DNA of 64,000 bases from assembly GCA_051047955.1 (NCBI GenBank), contig JBPGPT010000015.1, positions 186,001 to 250,000 of the forward strand. Direction: 5' to 3'. The notes under the pieces were generated by a model. The model was not told the origin of the DNA. It saw only the letters and a list, made by a program, of their open reading frames with translations, and did no database searches. The stretch's first letter is position 1, and each line of letters begins with the position of its first letter. Shown here in pieces: positions 61,554 through 64,000 of this stretch. This DNA is from Cystobasidiomycetes sp. EMM_F5 (taxonomy: Eukaryota). The translations under genes and the position numbers were made by a program.

Positions 61554-64000
61554 TTAAGCCGCGATACTGGCGGCCCATGCATTTTGCACGGCTGGCGTAC
61601 ACTCCGCTAGATATGTGTGCAGTCCCACGTTGAGCGGTTCTGACAGGCTTTTGGACAGTTTGGAACTTTGGCGCGCTCTTGTGAAGATGCTGAGAATCAG
61701 ATCCACGCGGCCTGGATCACTCGGCGTTATTGCCGGATGCCCTTTCGCAATGAGATCGAGCAGAAACGCAAAGCATGTTTCCATTTCTTCTACATCTTGT
61801 TGCACTGGCATAGCCCGGAGGAGAAGTGGAAGATTCACACTTGCGTGGGGGTCGTGCGTCGTGATCTTGCATACTAACGTAGCTATCATCAGTCGAAAAT
61901 ACGTGTTCTCTGAGCAAGAGCGACCCACAAGCCGATACGACGTTATCATGCGCAAGTACATCGGCATCTTGGCCAGGAATGGCAGATCCTCGCGCTAATT
62001 GCTCCTCAAGTGGGGCTATGCAGGCTAGGAAGACAGAGCAATGAGCAACATTGCCTAAGCCAAGAGACACGGCGTACGAACAATGATAGAAACTGGTGTA
62101 ACGGTTATCCGGCGCTACGGCAGCGATACCTGCGCCGAACGCGCAAATACGGCGTATTTGAGGATCTGCACACTCCTGATTTGAGCAATTTTTACAGATA
62201 GCGACGTATGTCTAATGACCTACCTGCGTCCGTGATGCCGTCATGGACGATATTCAGATAGTCTGCCGTCCATGCTACGCCGCTCGGGCCTCCATACTGC
62301 ATCAGATCGACAATCAAGCGTAAAGCCCAGTACCTAGAGCCATCGAGAAGTAATTGACCATTCACAGCCATGCTCAGTGTATCGGCCAGGATGGGAAATG
62401 GAAATTCGGAGCCAGTGAGTTTGATGAAGGCTTGAAGGGCAGGGGTCATGCTTTCGAGCATTTTAGAAGAGTCATTCTGCATCTCTTTGTATTCATCGGA
62501 CGAAAGCTCTGCTTCAGAGTATGTATCGAGCGCCGCCTTGAGCTCGTCTATCTGTTGCACGCACGCGTTTGCAAAGACCGTTGCATCTCGTACGGAGAAC
62601 AGATGAGGCACGGTAGCGATAATTTCGGTAGTCGCCGCCAATACTGCACTCAGCGGCTGAATGTCCGCCTCATTGGCTACTGCCGCCAAGAGCGCCGGAA
62701 CTGCAGTGCTGACTAGGCGGTCAGTGTAGCCATTATCGAAGCGGGCCGAATTTTTGATCGACCTGACTAAGACGGGCAGCATAGCTGCGACGGCAGTTCG
62801 TATGTCTGCACGGTATTCGTATCCGAGGTGATCCCCCGCCAGAATCAAAGTAGTTTCGGCATATGAGATCCACTCGCCTGTCGGCGTCTCGCTCGTCCCG
62901 ACTTCAGCAAGGTTGTTGCCTAGAGCATGCGAAAGCGCAGTCATCAATTCAAATGCCTCGAGCTTTTGCCGCATCGTTTCGCCGTTGATATAGCAATGAC
63001 GCCCAGCGGATGTCTGCATGGCATGCCATACCTCCTCATCAAAATTTTCATTGTCTGCGTCCTCTCCCTCTTCGATGATGTGGACAGGTTGATAGGTAGC
63101 GAGGCGCAGTAAGCTTGGGATAACGGAGTCGACATAGGGAAGAAAGTCGGACCCAAGGATTTCGGCAACCCGGACAAAAGCTATCAAAACCATGGAGGTA
63201 CACGGATCGTCGACTTCCGTATGTGTTTCTACACGAGAGAGCACCATGAGATGCTGTCTCCTGCATGCTGATAATCTAGACTCATGACTCACGTTGGATG
63301 TGCATCAGCGATGTGATGAGTCTTTGCGAATCAGGCAAGACTACAGCCTTGGCGGCTGAAGATGCTGCTTAGCGAGCTTTAGTAAAGGTTGGTTAGAAAT
63401 GTAGAGAATTATAAATGCGTACCAACCAAGGTTGCACAATTCATAGCACTGCTCCTTATCTCGTTGCTGACATCGCCGTCTATGTACCGCCAAACGGCAT
63501 GCATGATGGCTTTGTAGACGTCGTCAGTCAGCGCCGAGTTCTCTCCGAGAGCGGAGGCCAGTTGAGCAATTGCGCCCATGGCCCGCAGCTTCACATCTTG
63601 TCGATTCAGGTCATTGGTGATGAGACTATGCAGCTCCTGGAAGAATGCCATAGAGTGCTGGAGTAAACTGTCCGGAAGTTCCTGCAAACCGTCCGTATAG
63701 TTTACGATTGCTGCGCAGGTATATGCTGTAAGCCGAGCGGGTACGGTAGTAGTGTTGGCAAGGATGACCAGAAAGCCCTCGAGAATTGGTTGGCCGTACG
63801 ATCGTTGAATTGTCCCCTACAGGGAATAGGTAGGCAAATAGTATTAGCGTGTGATCACGCGTCTTCAGGTAATCTGGCACCTTCAGATGTTCGCAGAGCT
63901 CTGCAATCGCGTAGATGGCGGCATATACAAGCCGGTAATTTGGATCAGCTAATGACGGTAGCACCAGCCTACCAGACTTTACATCAGCCAAGGACGCGGG
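61554..64000 (-). CDS. Importin-beta-3/Pse1(Kap121)-like HEAT-repeat protein, diverged; 5' part outside the window
   Basis: VLPSLADPNYRLVYAAIYAIAEL, AMGAIAQLA, AFVRVAEILGSDFLPYVDSVIPSLL, DPQIRRICAFGAG, AHDNVVSA and LPVQQDVEE...FLLDLI..GHPAI parallel importin-5 blocks. Confidence 0.65.

Noticed and set aside
1..64000. Cryptic peroxisomal PTS1 by stop read-through, TPP riboswitch, tRNA/rRNA, CRISPR
   Set aside because: The gene ends I checked lack a TGA-CTA read-through context with an SKL-like extension. I recognised no TPP aptamer core, tRNA, rRNA or repeat-spacer array. This was an eye check, not a model search.

Overview
This is gene-dense, intron-rich fungal DNA, most consistent with a basidiomycete yeast (inference from short GT-AG introns with CTRAC-type branch points and from protein style). 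It holds about 28 protein-coding genes: SMC4 (partial), a PHO80-like cyclin, an Ies4-like protein, UDP-glucose 4-epimerase, CK2 beta, a ChaN-like protein, an orphan membrane protein, UTP6, an APC permease, PEX5, an ER FKBP (almost invisible in the ORF track), ATG101, a NIF3-like protein, NAD-GDH, a LEA-like protein, GH37 trehalase, asparaginase-ankyrin, a DEDD exonuclease, epsin, PEX19, two F-box/LRR-like paralogs plus a pseudogene, an M1 aminopeptidase, a TCAB1/SWT21-like WD40 protein, a CHZ1-like protein, an FMN reductase, a Zn2Cys6 transcription factor, GH38 alpha-mannosidase and an importin-beta-3-like protein (partial). The most notable structure is a pair of ~350-bp inverted repeats (107/108 identical in the core) bracketing the divergent cyclin/Ies4-like gene pair, a candidate invertible cassette or inversion scar. 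Other notable items are an apparent 2-nt micro-exon in the epimerase, an intronless ChaN-like gene with a mitochondrial-type leader, a locally expanding and decaying F-box/LRR array, overlapping convergent stop codons, and two structured introns. I recognised no tRNA, rRNA, CRISPR array or transposase. All exon boundaries and family calls were made by eye without database searches.
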